A stretch of 64,000 bases of DNA from Candidatus Dojkabacteria bacterium (GCA_012513575.1 JAAZBX010000004.1:11481-75480); one strand, 5' to 3'. Counted from the first letter of the stretch, positions 1 to 9,546 are shown. Numbers and translations are program-made. Notes: generated from the sequence alone by a model not told the origin.

Positions 1-495
1 ATGGAATTCTGCGGCTTTATTCCCATCAACATACTTTGCTACACAGTGCATTGCAATTGCAGCATTGTATGAGATACCAGAATCTGAAAGAGGAAAACTC
101 TTAAACACATATATGATCTCACCTGTATCAACAAATTTACTCTTTAATTCAGGATACACCTCTGTTGCATGCCTCTTACAATATCCACAACCGAAATCAC
201 TATATTCAACAATTGCAATCTTTGTTTTATCCTTATTTCCTAAATATGGAGCATCCCCTAAGGAAACTGTAGCATCTCCTGCAGAAAGTCCTGAATCATC
301 TGATTCGGCAACTGTAGGATTTGCGGAATCCGTATTAGTATCCTTATTTTTATTGCTTGTGATAAAGATTGCTGCTGCGATGACCACACCTGCAATAATT
401 ATTGAAATTGGAATAATAAGGGAATCGAGGTTGATTTCAACAACATCTGACTTTGTTTTCCCTTTCACTTCCTTTATATTCTTAGCTTTCGCCAT
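1..495 (-). CDS. DsbA-like thioredoxin-fold thiol:disulfide oxidoreductase, membrane-anchored. Partial: the C-terminus runs off the window start.
   Basis: My own reverse-strand translation from the ATG at 495 has no stop before position 1: MAKAKNIKEV...TM helix...IAIVEYSDFGCGYCKRHATEVYPEL...IAMHCVAKYV. A CxxC (CGYC) active site follows a beta-strand, as in DsbA/thioredoxin. It is missing from the ORF track because it has no stop codon. The plus-strand ORF 65..508 is its antisense. Confidence 0.6.
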   Translation of the reverse strand, partial: MAKAKNIKEVKGKTKSDVVEINLDSLIIPISIIIAGVVIAAAIFITSNKNKDTNTDSANPTVAESDDSGLSAGDATVSLGDAPYLGNKDKTKIAIVEYSDFGCGYCKRHATEVYPELKSKFVDTGEIIYVFKSFPLSDSGISYNAAIAMHCVAKYVDGNKAAEFH

Positions 496-567
496 AACAA
501 TTAAATAAAAAATTAAATATTTTATGAGCAATCTGCTATTATATCCTATATCTAGAATTTTAGTAAA

Positions 568-1413
568 ATGGAATATACACTAAAACAAACAACAAACAGA
601 AAATCCCCTAAGAGCAAGCTCTTCCTGGTATTTCTATTCATTCCTCTTGCATTCATTCTGTTACAATATCTATATCCAAAAATATTTCAAGAAAATACAG
701 AATCTACAGAGGAACAGATAGATACTTCTACGGAAGAAATAATCCCAGAACCACCAAAAGAGGAGCCTATTGAAGTAAAAGAAATCTTCCAAGATATTGA
801 TGGACAATTGTCATATATCGCCATCGATACAAGATATGAGACAAAGACCAATTTGCCAATTGTCATATACAGTCACGGATCAACTTACTCAGTAACCTCA
901 AATCCTGACAATCAACTCCTTAAGGACTTAAAACTGTATGGAAATGCTTTTGTAAAAAAAGGATATATATTTGCAGCTTCCAATCAACATGGCGATAACT
1001 GGGGCAACAGCTATGCGATAGAAGATACTAGAAAATTAATTGAATATATTCAAAGTAACTTCACATCATCAAAAGAGATTTATTTGGTAGGTTTTAGCAT
1101 GGGAGGGTTACCAACATTGAATTTCGCAGCTAAATATCCTCAAAATATTGTCAAAATTGCTCTTCTTGCTCCAACTTCATATGCTACTTCATGGAATTCA
1201 GAACGTGTTAGTGCAATAAGAAATATTCCCATAAAGATTTGGCATGGGAACAAAGATGTAAATGTGCCTTACTCTATGACAACTTCCCTTATTGCTAGAC
1301 TCAAAGCATATGATAAAGAGGTTGTTTTGGAAACAATCGACGGAGTTGGACACTGGGATGTAGATACTGAGAGAATTGATGATGTCCTTACATATTTTCA
1401 AACTACAGAATAA
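568..1413 (+). CDS. alpha/beta-hydrolase fold esterase/peptidase (GxSxG serine hydrolase) with an N-terminal signal anchor
   Basis: GFSMGG nucleophile-elbow motif. Downstream HG and D/H residues fit a catalytic triad (WHGNKD, GHWD). N-terminal hydrophobic helix. Confidence 0.65.
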   Translation: MEYTLKQTTNRKSPKSKLFLVFLFIPLAFILLQYLYPKIFQENTESTEEQIDTSTEEIIPEPPKEEPIEVKEIFQDIDGQLSYIAIDTRYETKTNLPIVIYSHGSTYSVTSNPDNQLLKDLKLYGNAFVKKGYIFAASNQHGDNWGNSYAIEDTRKLIEYIQSNFTSSKEIYLVGFSMGGLPTLNFAAKYPQNIVKIALLAPTSYATSWNSERVSAIRNIPIKIWHGNKDVNVPYSMTTSLIARLKAYDKEVVLETIDGVGHWDVDTERIDDVLTYFQTTE

Positions 1414-1417
1414 AAGA

Positions 1418-1624
1418 TTACCCCTCTGTAACTATTGCAGTCGCAGGACATGCTAATTGGGCTTGTTTTATCTTCTCTACTAAAATAGGGTCTTGGATAT
1501 CAACACCCTTGTACTGATCCTTAACATCAACAGAACCATCATCCTTCATTTCAAATACTTCAGGACAAATTGCTACACATGAACCACACATTATGCATTT
1601 TGTTTTATCAATTGAGACTTTCAT
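1418..1624 (-). CDS. small 4Fe-4S ferredoxin
   Basis: 68 aa with CIMCGSCVAICP...ACP (CxxCxxC...CP), the classic single-cluster ferredoxin signature. Confidence 0.8.
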   Translation of the reverse strand: MKVSIDKTKCIMCGSCVAICPEVFEMKDDGSVDVKDQYKGVDIQDPILVEKIKQAQLACPATAIVTEG

Positions 1625-1670
1625 TAATTCTGTTTCTTAATTTATATACAGAAAGAATACATCGTAACAA

Positions 1671-3935
1671 TTATTTTTTCAAACCAAACTTCTCAAACAA
1701 ATTCTTTTCATCAACAGAGGGAATCCTCACACCCTGCCCCTTGTATACGGGCAATGTGAAAGAGAATGTCGTACCTTTTCCGACTTGGCTATGCACCCAA
1801 ATCTTTCCCCCCATCATCTCTATCAAAGCATACACAACATACAATCCCAAGCCAGTACCTCCTGGTCTTACAATATTGAAATTACTCTCCCCAGTAATAT
1901 AGTTTTCTATCCTGTGAAATTTTGTTCCTAACCTTGGAATCTCTTTTTCTGGAATACCCTTACCACTATCAATTATACTTACTTTAACATAGTCATCAGT
2001 ATCTTCAGCCTTCATAATAATAGAACCTTCATCTGTATATTTAATAGCATTACTAAGAAGATTATCAATTATTTCTACCACTCTCACCTTATCAGCATAC
2101 ACATCCTTCATATCATCTTCTAAATCAACCATAACTCTTAAACCTTTCTGCTTAATCTGGTACTCATATCCGTGCAAAACAGTTTCTATCTGCTCTGGAA
2201 GAGATAGCCTCTCTCTATTCAATTCGATTTTCTTTCCTTCAAGTTTTGCACTTGAGAGGAGAGTATCAATTAATCTAATTTCATTCTCAATACTATTCTT
2301 TATTCTATCAAGATACTTCTGGTAGCTTTTAGGATTGTTGTCGACAAATTTCCCCAGCAAATCAGTATTCAACTTTACAATTGTTGCAGGTGTCCTAAGT
2401 TCATGACCCATAATATCTAACATATCTCTTTCCTTTCTTCTTGCATCTTCCAATTCTTCTACGTTTCTTTGAAGCTCTTTTGTTTTTTCACTTACATCCT
2501 TCTGCAAGTTAATGTTGAAATTCTGCACCTGTTGATAAAGAGTCGCTCTTGCTAAAGATGCCCCTGTGATAGAGGCAAGAGATTGAAGGAATGCGATTTC
2601 CTGCTCAATATACATAGTACTATTCAAATCCCTTTTGCCAAGTATTAAAATAGCGATTAGCTCTTTTTCATAATGGACAGGAACAAGAAGATGTAAATCG
2701 CTTCTTTCAAGAAGAGTAATTAATTCTCCGTATGCAACTTTGTAAGATTCATCATCTACATTAAATGCGCCAATTAACTCTCCCAAGGAAATACTCTTTT
2801 TTTTTGCAAAGAGTGGAGAGTTTACTATTTCAAAAATTCGTTTATTATCAAACACTTTATTCCCTGTATACTGCTTATTTATTACAGCTGAATCTCGCTT
2901 AACAATAATGGAGAAATATATTGGATCAATTGTTTCTTTAACAATCCCATGCAACTCCTTGAGTACACTATCCTCTGTCACAATATTTCCCAGAGAGTAA
3001 GTAAATCTATCAAGAAATTTGCTTGCATCATACCCTAAATTAATAATTCTTGTGGAAATTTTCTCCTGAAAAAATTCTCTGTACTTATCATAAAGCAAAG
3101 CAAACAAAATTGAGATAACTATACCAAAAATTAATGCCTCCCACCCAAGTCTCTCTCCGAATATTTCTAAATGAATATTCAAAAAAATCCTAAAGGTTAT
3201 ATACAGTAGTGAAGCACTAGTTATGACATAAAGGACTTTCCCAGCAAGCAATCTGATGTTAAAAAGTTGATACTTTACAATTGCAATAAATATTAGTCCT
3301 AGAAAAATAATTGAGAATTGAGGGCCTATCCAAATTAATTTGTAATTTCCTAGAATAGGAAGGATTAGATTAAAAGTCCCTCCTAAAAATCCTGTTAGTA
3401 AAAAACCTGTAAAAATAAGAGTTAATTGATTTTTCAAAATCCCGTTTGACTTGATTAAGGCCTTGAGATTAATCATTAATGCAATTAAGTAATATACTGC
3501 GAAGACAACACCATATGTAATATGTCCAACTCTGTTTAGTAGAGCTACATTCCCTGACTTTTCTAAAAGAACATCCTTGATAATGAGGGAATCCGAGAAA
3601 ACCACAGCAAGGGAGACAAGAAATACTGGGATTTGAAGAAGCATAACTGTTTGGAAGTCGATTTTCTTTTTCTGTGTTAGAGACATTTCAAACAGAAGAA
3701 TGAAATATGCAATATATATTGAGGCTACATAGTGAAATCTAGACCAGTAAAGGGCTGTCTGAACATCATTGCTACTTAAAAAACCTGCTAATCCAACACC
3801 CCATAAACCCAAAAAAATTATGCTCAAGGCTAAGAAACGAACAGCTTGGGATTTTCTTGAAGGTATAAGAACATAGAAACCAAAAATGATATTTACTAAA
3901 CCTATTACAATTAAAGCGTATGCATAGTTATTCAT
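1671..3935 (-). CDS. membrane sensor histidine kinase (N-terminal multi-TM sensor, central GAF-like region, HisKA, HATPase_c)
   Basis: About 8 predicted TM helices in the first 300 aa. H-box MGHELRTPATIV. N, G1 and G2 boxes (NAIKYT, DSGKGIP, GGTGLGL). No response regulator gene nearby. Confidence 0.85.
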   Translation of the reverse strand: MNNYAYALIVIGLVNIIFGFYVLIPSRKSQAVRFLALSIIFLGLWGVGLAGFLSSNDVQTALYWSRFHYVASIYIAYFILLFEMSLTQKKKIDFQTVMLLQIPVFLVSLAVVFSDSLIIKDVLLEKSGNVALLNRVGHITYGVVFAVYYLIALMINLKALIKSNGILKNQLTLIFTGFLLTGFLGGTFNLILPILGNYKLIWIGPQFSIIFLGLIFIAIVKYQLFNIRLLAGKVLYVITSASLLYITFRIFLNIHLEIFGERLGWEALIFGIVISILFALLYDKYREFFQEKISTRIINLGYDASKFLDRFTYSLGNIVTEDSVLKELHGIVKETIDPIYFSIIVKRDSAVINKQYTGNKVFDNKRIFEIVNSPLFAKKKSISLGELIGAFNVDDESYKVAYGELITLLERSDLHLLVPVHYEKELIAILILGKRDLNSTMYIEQEIAFLQSLASITGASLARATLYQQVQNFNINLQKDVSEKTKELQRNVEELEDARRKERDMLDIMGHELRTPATIVKLNTDLLGKFVDNNPKSYQKYLDRIKNSIENEIRLIDTLLSSAKLEGKKIELNRERLSLPEQIETVLHGYEYQIKQKGLRVMVDLEDDMKDVYADKVRVVEIIDNLLSNAIKYTDEGSIIMKAEDTDDYVKVSIIDSGKGIPEKEIPRLGTKFHRIENYITGESNFNIVRPGGTGLGLYVVYALIEMMGGKIWVHSQVGKGTTFSFTLPVYKGQGVRIPSVDEKNLFEKFGLKK

Positions 3936-3950
3936 TTCTTTTTCTATTAT

Positions 3951-4967
3951 CTATTTTCTTAATACAAAAGTCGCATAGGTACTGTTTGGAGTACGAACAA
4001 CCAGTTCAATTTTATCAAAAAACAGTTTTACAAAAGGAATCATTTCCTCCAAACTTGTAGAAGTAAGCTTTTTAAATTTCATGGCATCAAAAATGTCCTG
4101 TTGGGGGTTATCAATCAGGACAGTCAGAATAAAGACATCTTTGGGTCCTAGCCCTTCAGATACGTTTTTCAAAAGTACTTCTCTTTGGGAATTATCAAGA
4201 TATTCCCAAAACCCTGTACACTCTACTATTTCAATATCCTTATTATCAGTAAAAACGTCTATTCCATTTGCCAGCACATCTCTCTGAACAGATTTTAATG
4301 ACAAACCAATATTTATTCTATTATTAATATTTCTAAGTGTCTTTTCAGCTTTGTCGTTTGCTTTCTCAGATCTATCTACATTGGTAATTATCATTCCCTC
4401 TTTCCCTGACTGATAAATACCTTCAATGGGAAGAAGGCAGCTTCCTCCAGCTATGGAAAAAATACTATTTGTGTCCGTTTCTAAAATCTTTTTCGCAATT
4501 AAGTCAGAGACTATAACCCTCCTTTGCAGTGAACCAACAGCAATATCAAGATTATCCAATACTGTATCAACTCTCTCGCCAACACCCACTCGATAAATGA
4601 CATCCATAGTTCCATGGGACAAACCAGTCGCTATACCATTCATTATCAAATCCAAAAGAGCCCTATCTGTCCCAGCTAAAAGAAGAAGTTTCCCAAGGCG
4701 AATCGCTTTCGGATCCTCTTTTTTTATTTTTCTCAATCCATACAGATACTTGGGATTGGGATTCAATGGAAATTCAACTGCATATGATGTAAATATTTTC
4801 TCCCCGGATGTTTCATCAACTTGAATATACTTCAAATTCCTAGGACTAAGCTGAGGCTCGTGTAATTCTCGAGAATCATTTACTGACACTTCAGTCTCTG
4901 AGGAAGAATCAAATGGGTCCTGAGAAATGTATTCATTCTCACCCATATGGATATTCTCTGTTTCCAT
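3951..4967 (-). CDS. hypothetical protein, possibly a Rossmann-fold methyltransferase-like protein
   Basis: Intact 338-aa ORF co-oriented with, and 16 bp upstream of, the histidine kinase. A glycine-rich IAGGSCL segment followed by an acidic beta-strand end (NVDRSE) resembles MTase motifs I/II. No confident family assignment. Confidence 0.3.
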   Translation of the reverse strand: METENIHMGENEYISQDPFDSSSETEVSVNDSRELHEPQLSPRNLKYIQVDETSGEKIFTSYAVEFPLNPNPKYLYGLRKIKKEDPKAIRLGKLLLLAGTDRALLDLIMNGIATGLSHGTMDVIYRVGVGERVDTVLDNLDIAVGSLQRRVIVSDLIAKKILETDTNSIFSIAGGSCLLPIEGIYQSGKEGMIITNVDRSEKANDKAEKTLRNINNRINIGLSLKSVQRDVLANGIDVFTDNKDIEIVECTGFWEYLDNSQREVLLKNVSEGLGPKDVFILTVLIDNPQQDIFDAMKFKKLTSTSLEEMIPFVKLFFDKIELVVRTPNSTYATFVLRK

Positions 4968-4983
4968 ATTATTATATACAAAT

Positions 4984-5706
4984 TTAATTATTTATCTTTG
5001 CGGTAACCTGTTTTAGGTAAATTGCAATTCTTTGAATAAAGTGACTGATAGCAACAAACCCCATCACCAAAGACAACTCCACATGCCAATAAAGGAATTC
5101 AAAATTAATACTGTATAGACTTGGTTTCTGTATCCGAATTAGCATAAATACTCCAAATCCGAATGAGGGGATTAACAGAGTTAAAATAAGAACTGTGTTC
5201 CAAAAAGCATTAAACTTCATAAGCAAAAGCCCTTTGTTTTTCTGCTTCTTGATAACAAAGTAGGTACACCAATAAAGAGAGCAAGAAATGATAAACGGAA
5301 TTATCATATTGTATTCCTTTGATTCTTTAACAATATCTTCTGCTCCTTCACTTTCGCTACTCACTTCTTCAGTAATTTGAGGTTCTACGGATATTTTTTC
5401 TTGCTCAAAATCCCCTATTTTATACTGCTCAAGCAAAGAATACGAAGAGGGCCTATGATCTCTCCCAGAGCCATCTTTGGTTACAAAATCCTCTGTCATA
5501 TCTTTACCACACCACTCCCTGATGTCCAAAAATCTATCATGATTTGGGAGATATTTGGTTAAATCATAAACACTCTGCTCAAATACAACCCAACAATCAT
5601 TAGAAGTATTGTGAACTTTAACATCATCGAGTGTATAAGCATAAACTTTGTTTAAAAAAAGAAATAATGAGAGAAAAAATAAGAGAATGGGCAGAATTTT
5701 TTTCAT
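4984..5706 (-). CDS. secreted/membrane cytochrome b5-like heme-binding domain protein
   Basis: Signal peptide (MKKILPILLFFLSLFLFLNKVYA). HNTSNDCWVVFEQSVYDLTKYLPNH resembles the cyt-b5 fold core (H...DCW..I.G.VYD.T.F...H). Acidic linker, then 3 C-terminal TM helices. Confidence 0.45.
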   Translation of the reverse strand: MKKILPILLFFLSLFLFLNKVYAYTLDDVKVHNTSNDCWVVFEQSVYDLTKYLPNHDRFLDIREWCGKDMTEDFVTKDGSGRDHRPSSYSLLEQYKIGDFEQEKISVEPQITEEVSSESEGAEDIVKESKEYNMIIPFIISCSLYWCTYFVIKKQKNKGLLLMKFNAFWNTVLILTLLIPSFGFGVFMLIRIQKPSLYSINFEFLYWHVELSLVMGFVAISHFIQRIAIYLKQVTAKINN

Positions 5707-5955
5707 ATCAACAAAAAAAGTAATAATAATATAGAATATAATCTCATATTTTCAATGAGGTTTGCAAGAAAGATTTGGGAAATTAACCTTTAATAAATAA
5801 AATCACTAAAGGAATTAAAAATAGCAATGAGTAGGCAATGAGGTACTTATTACTTTTGTTATTACTATCCATTAAGTTGATTATAGTATTAGGTAAGCGG
5901 ATTCATTTTTATACATTTTACTTCCTTTGTCAAATATTTTCTCTCCAATTAATTA

Positions 5956-6942
5956 CTACTTCCCTACATAGACATTCCCAATATGTTCTGGCACTTGTAA
6001 AAAATTGTTTGCAGAGAATACTCCTGATTCCAAAGAATAGTCTGTATAACCCATATTCAAGACATCTTTTCCTAGTAATTTCTCAATGGAATACGAGACT
6101 CGGTTCCACCAAATTCCATCATCGCTCCATTGGCCAAAGGAAGATATATCAGTTCCACTTTTAAAGATTTTTAAACAGTCGGCCAAATCATAACTTGGTA
6201 CATATCTCATTAGTGCCCAAACTCCAATTTCTATACTTTTCTTGTCATCATTCAACAAATCCTCACTAGTATAGTTTTTACTGTTTAACAAATTAAAATC
6301 ATTTAAATGCCAATACGGAATAACCTGAAACCATCCCTTAGCACTCATATTGGGATCTCCTCCGACATTTGAATCAAGAAATATACCACCATTACTTTCA
6401 GTCATAGATACTGATGTGAAGACAGCAAGAAGTAATTCTTTTGAGTATTGAGGATACATACTCGAATACTTTTCAGCTTCCTCGATTAAGTACTGTTTCC
6501 CATCTTCTAATCTTGTATGTGGCCAGTATTTTGTTGCCCTCTCAAATATTTCTTCTAAGGATGACTCTTTCTGTTCCGTTTGAGATAAACTTTTTGTATC
6601 CATTCTATTTACCTCTTCAACATTAGGGTCATTTCTTGAAAATGGATCCTCTAAATTTGCACCTATCTTGGTACAAGCAGAAGTAAAAAACATAGAAGTT
6701 GCTACTGCGATAAGGGCCAATCTTTTTCTTTTAAGTATCAACCTGTCTGGAATTTCTAATTTTTCTTTAATTTGTTCCACAATACTCTTTGGCTTCTCTG
6801 TTTCATCAGCAATATTCTTTGTAACAGAAGTTGGGAAATCATTTAGCTCAATTTCTCCCTCAGTTTCAAACTCCTTTTCTGGAACTATTGTCTCTTGATT
6901 TTGTTTTTTTTCATCCACCTGATTTTCAATTGTTTCCTCCAT
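5956..6942 (-). CDS. lipoprotein-like lytic transglycosylase (SLT/GH23-like domain) with an acidic N-terminal region
   Basis: TM/lipobox-like segment (LALIAVATSMFFTSAC). MTESNGG ... AKGWFQVIP resembles the SLT catalytic ES..N and A.GLMQ.P motifs. Confidence 0.5.
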   Translation of the reverse strand: MEETIENQVDEKKQNQETIVPEKEFETEGEIELNDFPTSVTKNIADETEKPKSIVEQIKEKLEIPDRLILKRKRLALIAVATSMFFTSACTKIGANLEDPFSRNDPNVEEVNRMDTKSLSQTEQKESSLEEIFERATKYWPHTRLEDGKQYLIEEAEKYSSMYPQYSKELLLAVFTSVSMTESNGGIFLDSNVGGDPNMSAKGWFQVIPYWHLNDFNLLNSKNYTSEDLLNDDKKSIEIGVWALMRYVPSYDLADCLKIFKSGTDISSFGQWSDDGIWWNRVSYSIEKLLGKDVLNMGYTDYSLESGVFSANNFLQVPEHIGNVYVGK

Positions 6943-6987
6943 GAAAACAGTTTACATAGTAATCTACAAAAATGGAAGAATACACTC

Positions 6988-7021
6988 TTGACATTAAGCA
7001 CTCCCCATGCTAGACTGCTAA
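6988..7021 (+). promoter_or_regulatory. candidate sigma70-type promoter overlapping a CIRCE-like inverted repeat upstream of the Hsp20 gene
   Basis: TTGACA(6988-6993), 17 nt, TAGACT(7011-7016). TTAAGCACTC(6994-7003), 9 nt, GACTGCTAA(7013-7021) resembles the HrcA operator TTAGCACTC-N9-GAGTGCTAA, imperfectly. Confidence 0.35.
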
Positions 7022-7109
7022 TAGATAGATGATTAAGGAATTGAGGTTTCTTAACATTTACCTCTAATTCCCCAATATTTATCATATTTAAATTTATCTA
7101 TTTAAACAT

Positions 7110-7574
7110 ATGAAAATTACAAAAAGGGAAGAAAACAATCCACAGATTTCAACTTCACTTTACACACCAGTAAGAAGCATTTTTGATGACTTCTTTAGAA
7201 TGCCATCATTAGTTGACGATGTGTTCAATCGAACAGCAATGCCTTCATACTCAAATCTTTCTGCTGATATTTGGGAAGAGGATCAGAACTATTTCGTAAA
7301 AATGGCTTTACCTGGGGTATCGAAAGATGAAATTAACATTGAGATAGATCAGGATGTAATTAGGATCTCAGGTTCAAAAAAGTTAGAGGAGAAAGATGAG
7401 GGAAAGCGAAAATATTACTTTAGAAGTTTAGATACTAGATTTGAGCAATCTTTCAATCTTCCAACAGTCGTTAATGCAGAAAAAGCAGAGGCAAGTTTTA
7501 AAGATGGTGTACTAGAAGTAAAGCTACCAAAAGCAGAACAGTACAAACCTAAAAAAATCGAGATCTCAAGTTAA
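7110..7574 (+). CDS. small heat shock protein, Hsp20/alpha-crystallin family
   Basis: Alpha-crystallin domain: DIWEEDQNYFVKMALPGVSKDEINIE...GVLEVKLPK. Confidence 0.9.
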   Translation: MKITKREENNPQISTSLYTPVRSIFDDFFRMPSLVDDVFNRTAMPSYSNLSADIWEEDQNYFVKMALPGVSKDEINIEIDQDVIRISGSKKLEEKDEGKRKYYFRSLDTRFEQSFNLPTVVNAEKAEASFKDGVLEVKLPKAEQYKPKKIEISS

Positions 7575-7580
7575 ATTCAG

Positions 7581-7608
7581 AAGCGGGTATAACCCGCTTC
7601 TTTTTTAA
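7581..7608. terminator. bidirectional Rho-independent terminator between the convergent Hsp20 and glycosylase genes
   Basis: GAAGCGGGT-ataa-CCCGCTTC hairpin followed by TTTTTT on the plus strand. An A-tract precedes it, so the reverse strand has a T-tract. Confidence 0.7.
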
Positions 7609-8045
7609 ATCCTAACCTTCTCCCACTTCTCTACTGGTCCTTGAACCATTTCAAAAACCGAATTCAACTTAATTTCCTTCTCACTCTTTATTTGCTCATA
7701 TTTATCCCGTTCTCTTTCCTTTAATTTGTTAAGCAGATGCAACCATTCATACTCGACTTGCCCTGAAGTAACATTGATTGGTATAGCTACTAAATTTAAG
7801 TCTATTGTAAACTTTGATTTGTCAAAGACATACCCTCTAACAAGAGATTCATTGTAAATATTTGATAGGTAAAGGTTAATGTAATTGATTGGCTCTTCAC
7901 TATTTCTAAATCTAGTTAGTTGAGGATGATTTACATACCCCTTTGTTTTTCCTAACAGAACATTTTTAGCAAGTAGTGCTTCCCTCCAAACAGCTACCAA
8001 CCCTTTTGAGTCTAAATATTTAGGATGTAAAGACCAAAGTCTCAT
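7605..8045 (-). CDS. pyrimidine dimer DNA glycosylase / AP lyase (T4 endonuclease V-like, Pdg family)
   Basis: N-terminus MRLWSLHPKYLDSKGLVAVWREALLAKNVL matches the characteristic start of the pyrimidine-dimer glycosylase family. Confidence 0.7.
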   Translation of the reverse strand: MRLWSLHPKYLDSKGLVAVWREALLAKNVLLGKTKGYVNHPQLTRFRNSEEPINYINLYLSNIYNESLVRGYVFDKSKFTIDLNLVAIPINVTSGQVEYEWLHLLNKLKERERDKYEQIKSEKEIKLNSVFEMVQGPVEKWEKVRI

Positions 8046-8098
8046 TTAGATTTTTGTGATTTTATTAATTTGTATTCTATCATAAGGACGCAGATTGA

Positions 8099-9535
8099 TT
8101 GGAAGAAAAAGATATTGTATTATTCAGTATGGTATTTCCTTCTACACAATTTGCACTTTTTTTTGTGTTGATTTTCATACCTGCGATTAGATTAAAATAT
8201 CAGCCAAAAGCATATGTCTGGTACATTCTCCTAATCAACATTATTTTCTACTCCCTATTTGGGCTAAAATTCCTATTAATACTGATCATTGATATTTTAG
8301 TAAATTACTTTATCATTCTCCTTCAGTCAAAATATCAAAAAAACAAAGCGGTATTAATAGTTGGTCTGATTCTTAACATAGTATTACTTGGTTTCTTTAA
8401 ATATTTTGTTTTTACTACAAATATCCTACTTCAAGCAGAGATTTTAAAAGCAACTACTTTTATTCCAACAATCCTTATACCGGTAGGAATCTCTTTCTAT
8501 ACATTTAAAGTGATTGCTCATCTGATGGATACATATAGAGGGGAATTACTTAAACCAAAATTCTCCGCATATGCATCCTATATTTCATTCTTTCCACAGA
8601 TTACTTCTGGACCAATAGCCCGTGCAAAGGAATTCTATGAAGATTTGGAAGCACCCAGAAACAACTATTTTAACCTTGGAGAGACTACAACTTTAGTACT
8701 TGGAGGACTATTCAAAAAATTAGTCTTAGCTAGCTTCATTTTTAACTTTATCGGAGGACCCTTTGCCAACCCACTTAATTACTCCTCTTTGGATTTAATC
8801 ATTGCGGCTTTTGCTTACTCAACTATGCTATATGCAGACTTTTCAGGTTACAGCGACATGTCTAATGGAATATCCAATTTATTAGGATTTAGAGCTCCTC
8901 TAAACTTTAACTCTCCTTACAAAGCTATGGGATTTAAAGATTTCTGGAATAGATGGCATATTAGCCTATCCTCATGGTTTAGGGATTATCTTTACATCCC
9001 CCTTGGAGGAAACAGAAAGGGGAAATTAAGAAAATATATCAATATCTTTATTACCATGTTTGTAAGTGGTTTGTGGCATGGTGCCGGACTAAACTACATT
9101 GTATGGGGAACAATCCATGCTGTAGGTTCAGTTCTTTCTCATATATTTGGAGAAACAGAGTATTTAAAGAATTTCAGAGACAAGGGAATATTCAACAAGT
9201 TCTTAAAGTTTGCTGCACAGATTCTTACATTTTTTATAATTACAATTGCATGGATTTATTTCAATTCAAGAAACCTTTCAACTGCAAATCAGTTTGTTTT
9301 GGGGATGTTTAGTTCAGATATAACTCAAAATACTCTGATAAATTGGAGATTGATTGGGACGGTAATATTTATCTTTGGTTTAAACTACTTCGGTGAATAT
9401 ATTAAATATTTTGTCACAAAAATTATTAACCACCTAAATCTAGTATTTGCGGTATTAATAATCTCTGCACTTGCTTACATCATTATCAGGCTCGGCCCAG
9501 ATTTGATGCCACCTTTTGTATATTTTAATTTCTAA
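8099..9535 (+). CDS. MBOAT-family membrane-bound O-acyltransferase (PatA/AlgI/DltB-like)
   Basis: Polytopic membrane protein. Conserved MBOAT block WNRWHISLSSWFRDYLYIPLGG...WHG with the invariant His. The track start is a TTG codon at 8099; the first ATG is at about 8135. Confidence 0.8.
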   Translation: MEEKDIVLFSMVFPSTQFALFFVLIFIPAIRLKYQPKAYVWYILLINIIFYSLFGLKFLLILIIDILVNYFIILLQSKYQKNKAVLIVGLILNIVLLGFFKYFVFTTNILLQAEILKATTFIPTILIPVGISFYTFKVIAHLMDTYRGELLKPKFSAYASYISFFPQITSGPIARAKEFYEDLEAPRNNYFNLGETTTLVLGGLFKKLVLASFIFNFIGGPFANPLNYSSLDLIIAAFAYSTMLYADFSGYSDMSNGISNLLGFRAPLNFNSPYKAMGFKDFWNRWHISLSSWFRDYLYIPLGGNRKGKLRKYINIFITMFVSGLWHGAGLNYIVWGTIHAVGSVLSHIFGETEYLKNFRDKGIFNKFLKFAAQILTFFIITIAWIYFNSRNLSTANQFVLGMFSSDITQNTLINWRLIGTVIFIFGLNYFGEYIKYFVTKIINHLNLVFAVLIISALAYIIIRLGPDLMPPFVYFNF

Positions 9536-9546
9536 CTATTACAAAT

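Noticed and set aside
65-508. Plus-strand 147-aa ORF at the window start
   Set aside because: It is antisense to a well-supported DsbA-like CxxC protein on the minus strand (1..495). Its product is low-complexity and hydrophobic with no motif, so it is probably a shadow ORF.
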